A stretch of 64,000 nt of DNA from contig JAKQQL010000474.1 of NCBI GenBank assembly GCA_029564175.1, forward strand, positions 1 to 64,000, written 5' to 3'. Position 1 is the stretch's first letter, and every line of letters begins with the position of its first letter. Positions 17,501-26,941 of the stretch are shown here, piece after piece. A model generated the notes under the pieces. That model was given only the letters and a program-made list of their open reading frames with translations, did no database searches and had not been told where the DNA came from. This stretch comes from Candidatus Cloacimonadota bacterium (GTDB lineage Bacteria > Cloacimonadota > Cloacimonadia > Cloacimonadales > WRIO01). Made by a program: the position numbers and the translations under genes.

Positions 17501-18019
17501 AGAAGAACAAAGATGTATGAAGTATTAAAAAATCTTCCTGCTGGATCAATGATGCCAACAATGGAAACGAATGCTGTTCCAAAAGCTGAATCATTAGATT
17601 TAACAAAAATTGTAGAAGGATTGGAAACATCTTCTGGCATGGTATTAAATCCAATGGATTCTATAGCTCAAAGAATAATTAGTGAAAAAGGAATGAATAC
17701 AAATTCGATTCGTGAAATTTTATCATCAATTCCTCTTTCACAAACACCTCCACAGGGCGATATGAAACAATTATTGAGTTCTCAATTTGAACAAGAGAAA
17801 AAATTTAAGGAAGAATTGGCACAAGCTGTTTCTAGTGGTGTTAAACAATCAATGCCAAAAAAAGAAACGACAGAAGTGCCAACAACAAAGAATACAACAC
17901 CATCAACAAGTGCTGTAAATATGTCATCTCCAACAGATATGAATTTAATTCCAATTTATGTTTTAGACTATTATTTTGGATTAAATATTTCATCTGGTGG
18001 CATCAAGTCTGTCATTTAA
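14501..18019 (+). CDS. tape measure protein with C-terminal lysozyme-like domain
   Basis: long amphipathic G/F/W-periodic region; EGWYGSVN..D.G.GASIGKLQWN muramidase-like motif. Confidence 0.8.
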   Translation: MDKKNIRKEDLELLQSMMGNKKKEPLQYKVGGKKGNENEKIGKDVDTSKLLSFIEKTLTKDLVKKFKKLGIETNKTYEESIEQMELLLETMDELFSISKKGAPQLASAVASLGKAQNQLIQSVEQTSNSFKNMPKSIGSSIDMITNSVGKLGKNLNNMKKNAIESFDTAVSNSMNALVRGTKNLAMAIPGVRMFIDISKSIGGIFQKIGTSVQIFSGMFLKFGSSLSNGIKSIGKLFGFGGKKDGIEKPGLTNATPKSLSEQFVLRKTEVGMSIFWLWKQMEDQGRKKEKGFLASLLDNPFMLAIAAIAGAIWGFALGAIKYIRTMGMILKGMGIVDLFLWPFKIIKNIFISTVEILKGTEWGQKIIGFFKNIGITFMDKFDDVAKVIKNFKLADKFPFVGKIMEIVKGLFGPVFKIFKGLGNGIFKLIGGIGKIFSGGVGLFGKVFKTFARFGGAVFKVIAWPITVIMGLMDFFTGFSDDKAAELIGKSKENLTMFDKITSGVCSAISGLLIGLISPEEIYNGFKRVYDFIAGFFGIFGNVLDFFAGKISFTEMIEKMGNNIKKMWDAFSGAISFIFNKVGSWLETIAGWLGFGPEWNSFITSIKSAWDSTVGVITGLFDWIVNAFNWITNWFTGEMNNLKAEEQITKTTLQAKQGKDGTYNLRDAEEGKAFGIGDQRFIKRNNEIFRMEAYEVNLGKGDKETRWTEQSTGLKVDELGNLINEQGVKQLDISKATEENMADLLYHATEKNSIYTHDTHMEELLNIMIKNQQEDLQLQYESQKWNEENLPSLLGAPNINVAVGGPNSSQISTVPTGNVNVGDGSALGAVIANEGWYGSVNKNDNGKGASIGKLQWNSGRARDILLRVREADRAKFDQMLPQVAASLANEQLWASGKRSFTTAEAQAFNSYMKDNTKAQAIMDAKAREDFAGYIQTGQRRGITDEKALAFYADLANQYGHGKEGGTKGAIQFINKARRMPGGLTLENLYEATRGTETEYFKRRTKMYEVLKNLPAGSMMPTMETNAVPKAESLDLTKIVEGLETSSGMVLNPMDSIAQRIISEKGMNTNSIREILSSIPLSQTPPQGDMKQLLSSQFEQEKKFKEELAQAVSSGVKQSMPKKETTEVPTTKNTTPSTSAVNMSSPTDMNLIPIYVLDYYFGLNISSGGIKSVI

Positions 18020-18032
18020 GGAGTGAGATTAA

Positions 18033-20351
18033 ATGGGCTATAATGAAAAAGACAGAGATATGCCAACTACCCCAATTGTTAAACAACCAGAAAACCCTAG
18101 AACAAAAGATGTTGCTGGGTCAACAAATAAAACAAGTCCTAAGAAACCAGAACCAATTGCAGCTAAACCAGAACAACAAAATCAAAATAAACAATCTCCA
18201 TCATCAGAAGCTCAGGCTTCTGGTGGTGGGGGTTCATGGAATCAATTTATTTTTGAAGACCCAACATCAAACAATTTTGGTAATTTTGCTAAGATTACCA
18301 TTAGTGTTAATCAAACCATAACGATGAATTTTCAAACATCTTTATTCAGTGCTTTTACTTCAACAGGTTTGGATGGTTGTAAAATTGAATTACCATTGGA
18401 CTCATCACAAACTATGAGTGATAGTGTTTCTGTTTCTTGGGCAAGAAAATCCGATTCTACAACAGTGACACAAGCAGTTGAATATATGACAAATGATGAT
18501 TCTGTTAATAAAGGAACACGGGCATTAGAAAGTGTTGGTATTAGTGGTATGAGTGGGGAATCAATTCGTAGATTTATGACCGAAGATTATAGTATGGGTT
18601 CCCTAATGAAATCTATTGATGTTCCATTTGTTATTTGGCAAAATAAATCAATGACACCATCAAGGATAAAAGAAGGTTTAGGTTTATTACAAGGATTGAT
18701 TTATCCCGGATTAATTGGTTTTATGTATCCACCATCTTTAACATTGAGTGTTGGCAATCTTTATAGAAAAATGAAAGGTAATCTTGCAAGTGTTGATTTA
18801 CAATTTGATGATGGATGGCGTTCATTAAATCCAGGCACATCAGGCATCAATTTAAATGATGATGCTTTCCCAATGATAATTAGAGGAAAATTAAAATTTG
18901 TAAATCTCTTTATGTATATGTGGGACGCTTTGACGGAAGAATTAACACTGAAAGGAAAACCATGGATATTATTTGGTGATGAAAAAGAATCCCACTCTGG
19001 TGGATCATCAAATAGTGGTGGTGGAAGTGGCCAATCAAATGCACCAGACGATAAAAAACTTGGAACACCATCTGATAAGGTTGGTTCAACTTTAGGAAAA
19101 GCTGCTCCAACAATGGGATTGCCAACTGATGGAAATATGGGCCCAACAGCGATGAATCCAAATATGTTGCCTGGTGATGCCAATTTTGGTAATACTGGAA
19201 TTGGTGGTGCCTTGAGTGGAATGACTGGCATAGGTGATAATATTGAAGGAATTCCTGAAATTGGTGGAGGCCTTGATGGAAGTGGTGTGGGTTCTATTTT
19301 TGGAGGGGATGATTCTAACCCCTTTGGAGCTGGGAATGACCCATTTTCAAAAATCTTTGGTGGTGTCAATGACATTCTGAATGGTGGTATGGCTACAACG
19401 TGGGATTTTGCAAATGCTGTTCAAGGTGGTGGCCTGTTGAATGGTATGATGAATATGGACATGTCATCAATATCTTCTATTCAGGGAAATTTGCCAAATT
19501 TAATGAATATGAGTAATGGTCTTGGAAATTTATTGCCGTCAACATTAAATAATTTTAGTGGAAATTTAGGAATTGGTTCACTTGGACAAATAAGTTCATT
19601 TGGTAATTCTGGGGATGTTTTAAAAAATATTATGGGAAATTTAGATTCAAAAATTAATAATTTGGGAGGTTTGGATAAATTTACATCCAATTTGCAGTCT
19701 TCGGGCAGTCTGCCAAAATTATTAAATCTCTCATCTGATAATGCTACAATGTTAAAAAATACTCTTCAAATGAGACAAGACTTATCAAAAGTTTCAGGAG
19801 TTTTAAAAGATTTGAGCAATAATACTTTATTAAAATCAACACCAACATCATCTATTATTAATTCATTAAATGGTGGATTAGAAAATGTTGTTGGACTGAT
19901 TGACAATATTAAAGATGGAAAATCGCCTGTAAATCCTTCAGAAGTCAAAAGATTATTGGGAGGAACATTAGCTGCATCAAATAGTTCTGTTAATACTCTT
20001 GATAAAGTAGGTTCTATTATTGGTCAAACTTGTGAAAAAGTTCAAGAAAATAAAGGATTGGCTCCTGGAGCTGTTATTAAAAATGGTATCGTGTCATCTT
20101 TAATGAATGGTTCTGTTGCAAAAGATACAAAACAAATCGTATCAGCACTTAAAGGAATTTCGACCATTTTGGAAAATTCAAAAGAACAAATCGCTTCAAA
20201 TAAAGAAGAAAAATTTGTTTGTCAACAAATTGCTGACACCATAAAAAGAAATGCCAGTAAGATCGAAACAAAAGCAACTTTGGTTGAATCACAATCAAAT
20301 AATATTTTAAAAAGATCATCTGAATTATTTAGAAAAGGACTTGGGGAATAA
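18033..20351 (+). CDS. tail/baseplate-associated protein with low-complexity G/N/S region
   Basis: position after the tape measure gene; YPP.LTL..G tube-initiator-like segment. Confidence 0.6.
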   Translation: MGYNEKDRDMPTTPIVKQPENPRTKDVAGSTNKTSPKKPEPIAAKPEQQNQNKQSPSSEAQASGGGGSWNQFIFEDPTSNNFGNFAKITISVNQTITMNFQTSLFSAFTSTGLDGCKIELPLDSSQTMSDSVSVSWARKSDSTTVTQAVEYMTNDDSVNKGTRALESVGISGMSGESIRRFMTEDYSMGSLMKSIDVPFVIWQNKSMTPSRIKEGLGLLQGLIYPGLIGFMYPPSLTLSVGNLYRKMKGNLASVDLQFDDGWRSLNPGTSGINLNDDAFPMIIRGKLKFVNLFMYMWDALTEELTLKGKPWILFGDEKESHSGGSSNSGGGSGQSNAPDDKKLGTPSDKVGSTLGKAAPTMGLPTDGNMGPTAMNPNMLPGDANFGNTGIGGALSGMTGIGDNIEGIPEIGGGLDGSGVGSIFGGDDSNPFGAGNDPFSKIFGGVNDILNGGMATTWDFANAVQGGGLLNGMMNMDMSSISSIQGNLPNLMNMSNGLGNLLPSTLNNFSGNLGIGSLGQISSFGNSGDVLKNIMGNLDSKINNLGGLDKFTSNLQSSGSLPKLLNLSSDNATMLKNTLQMRQDLSKVSGVLKDLSNNTLLKSTPTSSIINSLNGGLENVVGLIDNIKDGKSPVNPSEVKRLLGGTLAASNSSVNTLDKVGSIIGQTCEKVQENKGLAPGAVIKNGIVSSLMNGSVAKDTKQIVSALKGISTILENSKEQIASNKEEKFVCQQIADTIKRNASKIETKATLVESQSNNILKRSSELFRKGLGE

Positions 20352-20722
20352 TGTGGAGTAAAGACATAAATCCAAAACCTTTAATTATTGTTGATGAATT
20401 AGAACATTCAAGAGACGAATCTAAACATCATCTTTCGTCTTATTGTAAACGATATAAATTTGAAACTAAAATAAATATGTTTCAGAAATCATTATTTGTG
20501 CCAGAATATGTCAATGGAGAAAAAGCTCATATTGTTTTAAAGGCTGATATTAATAGATTAGATTTAATATCATGGCAATATTATGCCACTCCTGAATTGT
20601 GGTGGGTGATTGCAGAAGTTAATAACATTGACCCATTCGAAATGTTTGAAGGTCAACTTTTAAGAATTTTACCATCACAATATTTGTTGTTGCAAGTTTT
20701 AAGATATACAAACAACAATTAA
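20351..20722 (+). CDS. LysM-like baseplate wedge protein (gp53/gpX-like)
   Basis: RLDLISWQYYATPELWWVIAEVNNI...G..LRI. Confidence 0.85.
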   Translation: MWSKDINPKPLIIVDELEHSRDESKHHLSSYCKRYKFETKINMFQKSLFVPEYVNGEKAHIVLKADINRLDLISWQYYATPELWWVIAEVNNIDPFEMFEGQLLRILPSQYLLLQVLRYTNNN

Positions 20723-20735
20723 AGGAAGATTTTAA

Positions 20736-22514
20736 ATGGCACAAACATCAGATTTACTATTGAAAAAGTTTCAAACATTTATTGAATTTTCATGGTATAA
20801 GACAAATGAAGGGGATGAAACAAAGGTTGCTGAATTTAAGTATTCATTAACCCAATATTCCCCTTCTGTCTATGCCACGATTGCCTGTTATATTCATGAA
20901 AGTTATCTTGAAAAATTTTCTGACATTGAAAAACTTCCTATTGAACAAAGAAAGGTTGAAATAAATTGTTTGCCTGAATTGTTCAGATGTGGAGATAATA
21001 AGAAAATGTTTTCAGGCCCTTGGAAATTTATTGTTATGAATTATCGAATTACACCAAGGCAGGTTCATTTAAATACCGCTTATGGTCAAAATCCTGAATC
21101 CGATGCTATAAAGGGTGGAAATCATTATTTAGTTGAACTACAATGTTTGGATAAAGTTTTTTATAAAATGTCTATTAATGAAAAGTATAAATCATATCCT
21201 GGCAAAATATCTGACAATATTTCAAAAATCATTTCTGAAAATGGTGGTAAGCCACAAATAACATCTACTGTTGGTGAATATGATTGGAATCAAACAAGGG
21301 AAACTGATTATACTTTTATTCGTCGAATGTTGCCTTATGCTAAAGATGGTTCTGGCAATGTTGGATTTGCTTTTTATTGTTATAATGAAGAAGGATTCTT
21401 TAAACCAATTGATGAATCAAAAAAGAATCCGACAAAAATATTTGTTGGTAATAATCCAACAATTGTAGACAATAAACGATCACAAACAATAAAATCATTA
21501 ATTGAAAAATTTGGAAGTCTGGATAATCTAAAGATAGTTGGGCCTGGCTTTAGAGATTTTGATGAAAAGAATCCTAAAAAGATGATTACTCAAGCCTATC
21601 AAATTGATAAAGTGCCTGGTCAAATGCATGATACCAAATCAAAAAAGATTATTCAGATTCCAATTGAAAAACAAGAAATGATGGAAACATTTGCTACTTC
21701 ATTGAGGAAAGCTGTTCATAGATTTTCAAGAATCATTCAAGTTGACATTTATCTTGATACTGAAATTACACCATTGTCTTGTATTGAGATTATCAATACT
21801 GATAAAGATTATGAAAAAGAAAAATTGTTGGATGGTCTTTATTATGTAATTGAAGTTTGTCATAGAATTGGACTAGACCCAATGCAACCATTTTTTCCAA
21901 TGACAAGATTGACATTATCATCTGATGTTGATTTTAAAGGAATGAAAACTCCAGAAGGCAAACCATTAGACAAAGAACAATCAAATACATCTTCTAAACC
22001 AAAAGAACCAGAAAAACCGAAGGAGCCAGAGAAACCAAAAGAAGAACCAAAAGAAAAGTCAGAAGAAGATAAAAAGAAAGAGTGTGAGGAAAAGAGAAGA
22101 AAAGAAATGAATGGAACTGAACAAAAATTCAAAAAGCCAATTAAAAGTAAACAAGGTCATACTTATACTTCTATGGCATCAAATGTTCCATTGAAAGGCA
22201 CAGATTACAATTTTAGTGGTTGTGTTTCAGATAAAAAGACTGCCAAAGGGAATAATATTTTGGATGGATACCAAACGGATTCATCTGGAAATGTCATGAA
22301 AATGTGTGAAGGTGGCACAACGCCCCCATGTGTTTATGATGTTCAAACAGGACAATGTACTGATTTTGATGGTAATCCGATTGATAGGCCAGATGATTTA
22401 GACCCTTCATATACAAAAGATAATCCAAATCTTCAAAATGATTTGAATAAAAAGTATGAAGAATATGAAGATACTTATGAAAAGAAACAATATAAAACAC
22501 CATGTCCAGATTAA
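20736..22514 (+). CDS. baseplate hub (gp27/gpD-like)
   Basis: Q..ETDY.FIRR; LDGLYYVIEVCHRI; context. Confidence 0.7.
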   Translation: MAQTSDLLLKKFQTFIEFSWYKTNEGDETKVAEFKYSLTQYSPSVYATIACYIHESYLEKFSDIEKLPIEQRKVEINCLPELFRCGDNKKMFSGPWKFIVMNYRITPRQVHLNTAYGQNPESDAIKGGNHYLVELQCLDKVFYKMSINEKYKSYPGKISDNISKIISENGGKPQITSTVGEYDWNQTRETDYTFIRRMLPYAKDGSGNVGFAFYCYNEEGFFKPIDESKKNPTKIFVGNNPTIVDNKRSQTIKSLIEKFGSLDNLKIVGPGFRDFDEKNPKKMITQAYQIDKVPGQMHDTKSKKIIQIPIEKQEMMETFATSLRKAVHRFSRIIQVDIYLDTEITPLSCIEIINTDKDYEKEKLLDGLYYVIEVCHRIGLDPMQPFFPMTRLTLSSDVDFKGMKTPEGKPLDKEQSNTSSKPKEPEKPKEPEKPKEEPKEKSEEDKKKECEEKRRKEMNGTEQKFKKPIKSKQGHTYTSMASNVPLKGTDYNFSGCVSDKKTAKGNNILDGYQTDSSGNVMKMCEGGTTPPCVYDVQTGQCTDFDGNPIDRPDDLDPSYTKDNPNLQNDLNKKYEEYEDTYEKKQYKTPCPD

Positions 22515-22521
22515 AGGATGA

Positions 22522-22815
22522 TTGAAAATGAAATATCAAAAATTTGTTAATCATCCCGTTTTTGAAGATGGGATTGAAATTGGCAGATTTACAGGCCATA
22601 TTTATGAAAATGGTATTAAAGATGGTGTTGTTTTTAAAATTGTAGAAGATGATGGTGAATGGATTGAACAATATGTCATTATCTATTTGAAAGACAATTT
22701 TGAAAGACCATATTATTTAAGAAATGATAAATGTTATCTTCAATTAACAAATGAAGAAGTAGATTTTATAAAACCATTACACATTAAAGCATTTCTACAA
22801 TCAAGCAAAAGGTAG
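22522..22815 (+). CDS. hypothetical protein
   Basis: AAGGA RBS; fills the operon gap. Confidence 0.6.
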   Translation: MKMKYQKFVNHPVFEDGIEIGRFTGHIYENGIKDGVVFKIVEDDGEWIEQYVIIYLKDNFERPYYLRNDKCYLQLTNEEVDFIKPLHIKAFLQSSKR

Positions 22816-22824
22816 GTGATATAA

Positions 22825-23454
22825 TTGCCAAATTTTTATGGTGTCTACGTTGGGAAAGTAGAAGACAACGAAGACCCTCTTAAAATAGGAAGATTGAAAG
22901 TAAGAGTGCCTTCCATATTTGGTGAAGAATCAGAAATACCAACAGATAAATTACCTTGGGCTGATCCAAATTTTCCTTATGGTGGTTCTGATGATGTTGG
23001 ATTCTTTTTTGTTCCTGAAAAGGAAGCCACTGTTAATGTTCTCTTTATTGGGGGAGATTCTAATAAACCTGTTTGGATAGGGTGTAATTATTCTCAATTT
23101 GAAACTTATGGAACGCCAAAACCGCCTGGTGAAGCGATGAGTAAATATCCAAAAAGAAAAGTTCTTAAAACAAAAGCTGGATATATTTGTTTTGATGATG
23201 AAGAAAAAAGTATTACAATCAAATCAGGTGGGAATAGTTCTTATTTTGGTATGTCTGAAAGAGAAATCGAAATTGTTCATGCTTCAGGAGCACATGCCAC
23301 TATTAAACAAGATGGATCAATTGCAATGGAATCTCCAGAACAAATTAGACAACGTGATCCAAATACAAAAGCTCAATGGAATCTCATAAAACAAATTTGT
23401 CAGAAATTGGATATTCCAACGTCTTCTGCTGAACCATTTAAGGCCAAGACTTGA
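22825..23454 (+). CDS. baseplate spike, gp5-N/gpV OB-fold (may read through to 24384)
   Basis: YVGKVEDNEDPLKIGRLKVRVP...LPWA...FFVPE..A.V.V.F.GGD...P.W.G. Confidence 0.9.
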   Translation: MPNFYGVYVGKVEDNEDPLKIGRLKVRVPSIFGEESEIPTDKLPWADPNFPYGGSDDVGFFFVPEKEATVNVLFIGGDSNKPVWIGCNYSQFETYGTPKPPGEAMSKYPKRKVLKTKAGYICFDDEEKSITIKSGGNSSYFGMSEREIEIVHASGAHATIKQDGSIAMESPEQIRQRDPNTKAQWNLIKQICQKLDIPTSSAEPFKAKT

Positions 23455-24384
23455 GGGGGCCCAAAAAGCACACCAAGCTGTAAAACCGAAATGCCTAAAC
23501 CTATTAAATTTACAGGTGGGTGAGGGGGTTCACCGGGGCAAGTCTTGCCCAATACTGGTGGCGGTTGACCGGCTGGTGGCGTATCCTCTGGATGGGGATA
23601 TCCAAATGCACCAGAAATTCCAAAAGGAATTGCAGATAAATCTCAAGAATTAGTAAAAAATATGATTGATGCTGGAGCATGCGCTCCTGAAATGGATGGC
23701 ATATTACAGAAAGCATTAAACGGAGAAAAAGAAGTGCCATTAGAATTGGGTGGCATGTTTAATGGTATGTTAGATATGGGAAATAAATCATCTGGTGGAT
23801 TATCAATTCCTGGATTTGAAGGTGATTTTGTTTCAAGTTCTGTTGATACGGCATCAGATGCAAGTCAACAAATTGCACAAGGTGGTTTCCCATTACAATT
23901 CTTTGCTTCAAAATTAAGCATTTCTCCAAAATACGGAACCTTGATTGTTCAGGCAATGAATGAAACCATTAAATATAAGAATGAGGGATTATTTAAAAAG
24001 GATGAAATATTAAATCCTGATTTAATTCCCGATCTTACTCCTGAACTCTGTAAAAAATATACTGCACAATTAAAAACAGTTGAAATTGATGATGATACAA
24101 AAGACATAATGAGAAGTTTAGTTAAAAGAGTTGATCGTTATGAAAATGGTGATTCAGAATTAGGAATAGATAATAATGATCAAAATACAGGTGATATGCT
24201 TTATAAGGGAGATAAATACAAAATTTATCGTCAAGAGGGATTGACACAACTCATTGAAGATAGTGATTCTGGCGATGATGATTCGGACAATGATGACGAT
24301 GATACTACGCCAACGCCAGATTCAGGGTCTTCGACGTCTCTCAAAGATATGATTGTCATGGCATTAATTTTTGGAAGAAATTAA
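23455..24384 (+). CDS. in-frame continuation of the spike gene with further TGA codons at 23521 and 23566
   Basis: same frame as 22825 and as track ORF 23662-24384; only TGA stops intervene. Confidence 0.65.
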
Positions 24385-24389
24385 CTTGG

Positions 24390-24821
24390 GTGATAAAAAT
24401 GAGCTATCCTTATAATTACATGTGGCCTATAGATCAATCAGTGGCGGGGCCAATTGGCCCCGTCAATGGAATATTACCACCAGACGGACAGAATTATGCC
24501 AGTGTTCATGATACAAAATCGCCAAGTGAGGTCATTAAACAATCTATTCGAAGAATATTGATGACTGTTCCAGGTGAAAGAGTTATGCAGCCTGAATTTG
24601 GATGTAAATTAAAAAGCCTTGTATTTGAACCAAATGATTCTGTTTTAGTTGGCGATATTCATTATATTTGTAAAGAAGCTATTAAAAGATGGGAACCAAG
24701 AGTCATTGTTGAATTTATTGATATACAACAATATCCAGATCAACATGAAGTAGTAATTACAATAAAATATCTAAATAAGTTTGATAATGCAAGAGATATA
24801 GTCAGTCTTATGATAAGATAA
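24390..24821 (+). CDS. gp25/gpW-like baseplate wedge protein
   Basis: IKQSIRRILMTVPGERVMQPEFGC...WEPRV. Confidence 0.92.
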   Translation: MIKMSYPYNYMWPIDQSVAGPIGPVNGILPPDGQNYASVHDTKSPSEVIKQSIRRILMTVPGERVMQPEFGCKLKSLVFEPNDSVLVGDIHYICKEAIKRWEPRVIVEFIDIQQYPDQHEVVITIKYLNKFDNARDIVSLMIR

Positions 24822-24841
24822 GGTAAGTGGTGAGATAAAAT

Positions 24842-26932
24842 ATGACAGTCCCATTTTCCAATCAAGAAAATGTTCAGGAATTTAAGGAGTTGCAATTAGT
24901 CCCTTCTGATTTTGAAGAGATAATGGAAGTATTAATTGCACGTGTTAAAAGTCGATTGCCAAATAAATGGCAAGATTTTTTAACTTCAAACTTTGGTATT
25001 GAGTTAGCTGAAGTCTTTTCGTATGAAGCAGCCCAATTAGTTTATCTTATTAATAGAAATGTTAATGAAGTTTATATGCCAACTGCTAGAACAAGATATG
25101 GTGTTTATAATCTTGCTCGAAATATCGGATATATGTCTAGACCACCAGCACCAGCTCGAACAACTTGTCTATTAACAATTCCTTTTGATAATCCAAATAG
25201 AAACAATATTGCCATTCCTAAATATACTAAACTGTCAACACAAGATGGTAAAATGTTTTATATTGAGAAAGATTACATATTGCCGAGTGGTCAATCACAA
25301 ATTGAAGTTGATGTTGTTGCGGGAACAATTATTTCTGACACATTTATTGCCAATGGAATTGCTAGGTATCCTTATCAAACAAATTATTATCCAGTTTCTT
25401 TTGTTGAATCCGTAAAAGTAAATGATTCCCCATGGGAATATTCTGAATATCTTGATATGATAGGCCCAGAAATGGTTTATACAATTGAGAATGATAAAGA
25501 CTTTAGAGCTAAAATCATTTTTGGTGATGGTATTTATGGGATGAATCCATTAAAAGATTCTGAAATTGAAGTTCTTTATAATGTTAATCTTGGAGAAAAT
25601 TCAAATACTTCTGCTTATTCCATAAATAAAATTGTTGATCCAATTTATGATACTGATGGAAGAAAAGTCAATTTTACTATTACGAATCCAAATGCGGCAA
25701 TTGGTGGAGATAGAGAAGAAACAGTTAATGAAATTCGTAGAAATGCACCAAGTATTTTTAGAACACAGTGGAGAACAGTGACGAAACAGGATTTTAAAGA
25801 TACTTTAAGAGCTGAACCGGGGATTGAAAAGTTGATTGTCCTTGACAGATATGATATGGATGAAATTGGTATTTATGGTGTTAAAATTGGAATCATTCCA
25901 ACTGAAGGCGGATATATTGATGATGCTTTTAAGAATCATATTTTAGAAGTATTGGAAAATAGAAGGCTTCTGACTACTGATATTCAATTTATACAACCAG
26001 AATATGTTCCAATCAATCTTGACATAACTATTAGTAAAAGAGATAATGTAAATGCTCATATTGTTCAAACAAGGTTAAAAGCTGAGTTGTTCAATTATCT
26101 AAATTGGAAAAATAGGGATTTTGGCAATGATGTGACGGCAATAGATTTGTATAGAATTATTGGGAATGTCGAGGGTGTAGCATTTGCTGATAATCTTGTA
26201 ATTGAACCAAAAAAATATACATATATTGCAAAATCATTGAAAGTTGGTAGAACAGAAAAGAAGACGATTCAAGTCATTGATTCAATGTCAATTCTTAAAC
26301 CCAATATGGAAGTTGTAATTTTGAACAATCAAGGGGAAACCATCTGTCAAAATAAAATTGATAAGATTCAAGGTTCTTCGATTACGATGAAATATGACAT
26401 GAATTATGATTTTGAATATGGAAATAATATTTATCCAGTTTTAACAGTTAAGAATGATATTAATGAAGGTTCTAAGACAGTGGCTTTTGAAACAGATTAT
26501 GCCAATCTTAATGATACAGTAATTTATTTTGCAAATAAACCTGATAAGTATTATACCATTCGATTTAAAACTATCAATGGTTATTATCTGGATGAAGAAA
26601 TTAAGTATGATGTTCCTACTGGCACGAAAGTGTATGTCATGAGTAAGGATATTTTTTCAAGAACTGAATTTTTCCACAATAAAGGTGCTGTTTCATTGAC
26701 ATTTACAAATACACCAAGATTTGTTGTTGGAGCTGTCCTATATAAAGAATCAAATCCAGATGTTAAATATTATGTCAAATCTGTTGAAAATAATACAGCA
26801 TTTATAACGCCAACGTTAGTTGAAGATGTTAGAGAATATGAAAAGTTTATTGTTGAATCTGATTCATTAAATCTTTATAAATATGAGATTGCGGATTGTG
26901 GAAAAATTAATATAAACATTGTTAATGCTTAA
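24842..26932 (+). CDS. baseplate J / gp6-like wedge protein
   Basis: IFGDGIYG; AIGGDREET...IRRNAP...R.VT..DF. Confidence 0.88.
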   Translation: MTVPFSNQENVQEFKELQLVPSDFEEIMEVLIARVKSRLPNKWQDFLTSNFGIELAEVFSYEAAQLVYLINRNVNEVYMPTARTRYGVYNLARNIGYMSRPPAPARTTCLLTIPFDNPNRNNIAIPKYTKLSTQDGKMFYIEKDYILPSGQSQIEVDVVAGTIISDTFIANGIARYPYQTNYYPVSFVESVKVNDSPWEYSEYLDMIGPEMVYTIENDKDFRAKIIFGDGIYGMNPLKDSEIEVLYNVNLGENSNTSAYSINKIVDPIYDTDGRKVNFTITNPNAAIGGDREETVNEIRRNAPSIFRTQWRTVTKQDFKDTLRAEPGIEKLIVLDRYDMDEIGIYGVKIGIIPTEGGYIDDAFKNHILEVLENRRLLTTDIQFIQPEYVPINLDITISKRDNVNAHIVQTRLKAELFNYLNWKNRDFGNDVTAIDLYRIIGNVEGVAFADNLVIEPKKYTYIAKSLKVGRTEKKTIQVIDSMSILKPNMEVVILNNQGETICQNKIDKIQGSSITMKYDMNYDFEYGNNIYPVLTVKNDINEGSKTVAFETDYANLNDTVIYFANKPDKYYTIRFKTINGYYLDEEIKYDVPTGTKVYVMSKDIFSRTEFFHNKGAVSLTFTNTPRFVVGAVLYKESNPDVKYYVKSVENNTAFITPTLVEDVREYEKFIVESDSLNLYKYEIADCGKININIVNA

Positions 26933-26941
26933 AGGTCGTGT

